This document shows positions 61,898-64,000 of a stretch of DNA of 64,000 bases, in pieces. Position numbers and translations under genes: made by a program. Every line of letters begins with the position of its first letter. Within the stretch, counting starts at the first letter, position 1. The stretch covers positions 558,001-622,000 of the forward strand of contig NW_026782274.1 in assembly GCF_031769215.1 (NCBI RefSeq). The letters are read 5' to 3'. The DNA is from Ylistrum balloti (taxonomy: Eukaryota). A model generated the notes under the pieces. The model searched no databases. It was given only the letters and a program-made list of their open reading frames with translations, and was not told the DNA's origin.

Positions 61898-63922
61898 ATG
61901 GCTTTCCCAGGTAATGTGACCACAAAATTCTACGATTACTTTTCAAGTTGTGTGTAATGATTATTGATCAAAAAGACAAGAATGAAGCAACACATTTTAA
62001 AAGTTTAAACATTGATGTGCCTTAATATGATTCATGTAGTGATTTAAATTGAAAAAGGGTGAACAAGTAACTTGTCTATTTTGCCAGGACTTGCAAGCCA
62101 CATCATGACAATTGATCGATTTGACAATCCGATTACCAATCAACACGAACTTAAGATATATCTAAGTCCGTGAAAACACCAGGATATTGCTTTTTATATT
62201 GTTTTATTTTCAAAACTCTTAAGTTCGAGTTGATCACCGTTCATTACTTGTATCTCGATATTAGCTACCCGGTAATCTGTTAAATTTAGTGTTGATGGTA
62301 CATGATATTGACTAGTTGGAAATGATGTTGATGGAAATATCAGATATCATTTATTTTAAATAGATGGACTTCAAACAAGACAAAAAATAGAATTCAATTG
62401 AAATTCATAATAAAATAATATTCTTGTCAATTCATTAGCATTTCGCACACTGTGTATATCAGTGCTAAATACACATCACACTGGTGATTCTTCTCTTGAA
62501 TGTGACTGTGTTAGTGAGTGAAACATTGTACAAAACTCCATTGTGTTTGTGTTATTAGAACTTCTTTTTTTCTATATATACTCACCAACCTGAAGAATTT
62601 GTTTCAGAATCAGTGGAGAATGCTTTGGCAAATGTCAGCTGCATGTATTAAATGACACTGCTTTATTTTTACCCTTTACAGAGACATCATACTGGATGAA
62701 GTTCTTTAAGGATGCTGGTATACCAGCTGGAGACTCTGCCAACTATGCAGTGACATTTACAGACAACAGAATCACACGGGACATGCTCCAGGACCTGACA
62801 AAGGACTACCTTAACTGTATGGGAATTTCAATCCTGGGCGATGTCATCAACATCCTCAAACATGCCAAGACAGTACACATACAGGTAAAAATATGTCTGT
62901 CCAGACAACTTGAATTTAGATACAGGTAAACATGATTTGTATACACTTGAAATTGAAGATATATGTGAAATTGACTTATAATAATGGGTTTTTTTTTGTA
63001 ATTTCTGAGATGTTTTAGTAAAATGTACTTTACACAACAGTAGGCTGTACATTGGTGATGTGAAAACCATATTAGTGCTTGTTATTGATAGAAATACAAT
63101 TCTTGGTGTATAGTATGTACAGTAAAGTCACTGTTATACTTGTAACTGAGGTCATTATTTATTTCAATGCCTCTGCTAGGAATCGAACCTGGGACCCCTG
63201 GCTTGCTGGTCTGACGCTCAACCAATCGAGCTAAAGAGAAGTTCTCTCTAGCCGAGTGGTATATTGTGGCTAGTATTTTACCAGGGTTACATACTTCCCC
63301 TCCGGGAAATAACTTGTCCTCAAGTTTCCAGATGTTACAGCGATGTTGGTAGGGTATGCCTAGTACTATTTCCGGGTCCATACATTGGCACGAATGTAAC
63401 AGCGGTCATTATTTATTTCAATGCCTCCACTAGGAATCGAACCCAGGACCCCTGGCTCACTAGTCTGATGCTCAACCAAATGAGCTAAAGAGAAGTTCTC
63501 TTTAGCTCAATTGGTGGAGCTTCAGACTAGCACATACATACATAAGTTGGGAGGGGGAACATAGTTGCCCCTGAATACACTAATACCACAAAGTATATGT
63601 AAATAAAGACTATGTCTATAATATGTATTACATCTTTCATACAAGGGAGAACTAAAATAAATAAAAGGATAAAGTCACACATATTCAAACAATCTGAATT
63701 AACATAAATAAGGAACTTATACCCATATAGCTCCAAGTTATACAATTCCTACATATCCAAGATGAGGCTGTACAATCAAACTTGGCAATTTGTTTTTATT
63801 TACTTATACCATTCTGTCTATAAACATTATGAAATTCAGTTTTTTCTTCTGTATTCCTCAGGAGCAAAGGGAGAAAACATTAAGGGGCTCACAGCCTTCA
63901 CCAACCCCAAGGAGATCCACAG
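61898..63922 (+). CDS. C19orf47: C19orf47 homologue (N-terminal SAM-like domain), 5' part only
   Basis: Exons 61898-61910, 62682-62884, 63862-63922; the gene continues past the window. [24 protein letters not shown]...ML.DL.K..L..MGI..LGD.I.ILKHAK matches the C19orf47 N-terminus. Confidence 0.9.
63141..63500 (-). mobile_element. Miniature LTR element (TRIM-like) with tRNA-derived LTRs
   Basis: Complete 151-bp LTR at 63141-63291 with TGTAAC..GTTACA ends, and a 5'-truncated second LTR at 63395-63500. The 103-bp internal region has a PBS-like TCGTGCC next to one LTR and a PPT GGAGGGGAAG next to the other. Each LTR contains a 73-nt tRNA-like segment with A and B boxes. Confidence 0.75.
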
Positions 63923-64000
63923 GTAAAAAATACAATTCTACTATTACAGGAAGAAATTTATCAAAAACTTCGCATTATTCATTGCAAATGTTTGTTTGAA

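Noticed and set aside
63168-63240. Functional tRNA gene (and second copy 63422-63494)
   Set aside because: A and B boxes are present, but the acceptor stem is mismatched at its first and last pairs and the anticodon stem barely pairs. Both copies are embedded in LTR-like repeats.

Overview
AT-rich, intron-rich animal genomic DNA. It is probably a bivalve mollusc; that is an inference from the repeat types, not from a search. I reconstructed seven spliced protein-coding genes by hand, with GT-AG junctions and consistent intron phases: TMEM260 (minus, 3' part not found), an unrecognised 323-aa gene head-to-head with it (plus), ETAA1 (minus, about 1115 aa), STPG4 (minus, 274 aa), PAF1 (minus), a divergent profilin-like gene (minus) and the start of a C19orf47 homologue (plus). 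Introns and intergenic DNA carry a decayed full-length Tc1, a non-autonomous Kolobok with a nested MULE-like MITE, several Helentron-type non-autonomous elements (HINE-like), LINE relics and six tandem arrays. The most unusual items are: (1) a roughly 0.36-kb miniature LTR element whose LTRs contain a tRNA-derived Pol III promoter, with a fold-back hairpin at its broken end; (2) five RPA32-binding-type motifs in ETAA1, four of them directly preceded by S-P-x-K CDK consensus sites; (3) a 12-nt candidate microexon and an expanded RS tail in PAF1; (4) the divergent profilin-fold gene. No CRISPR array, rRNA or functional tRNA was found. All homology calls are from motif recognition, and coordinates were counted by hand.
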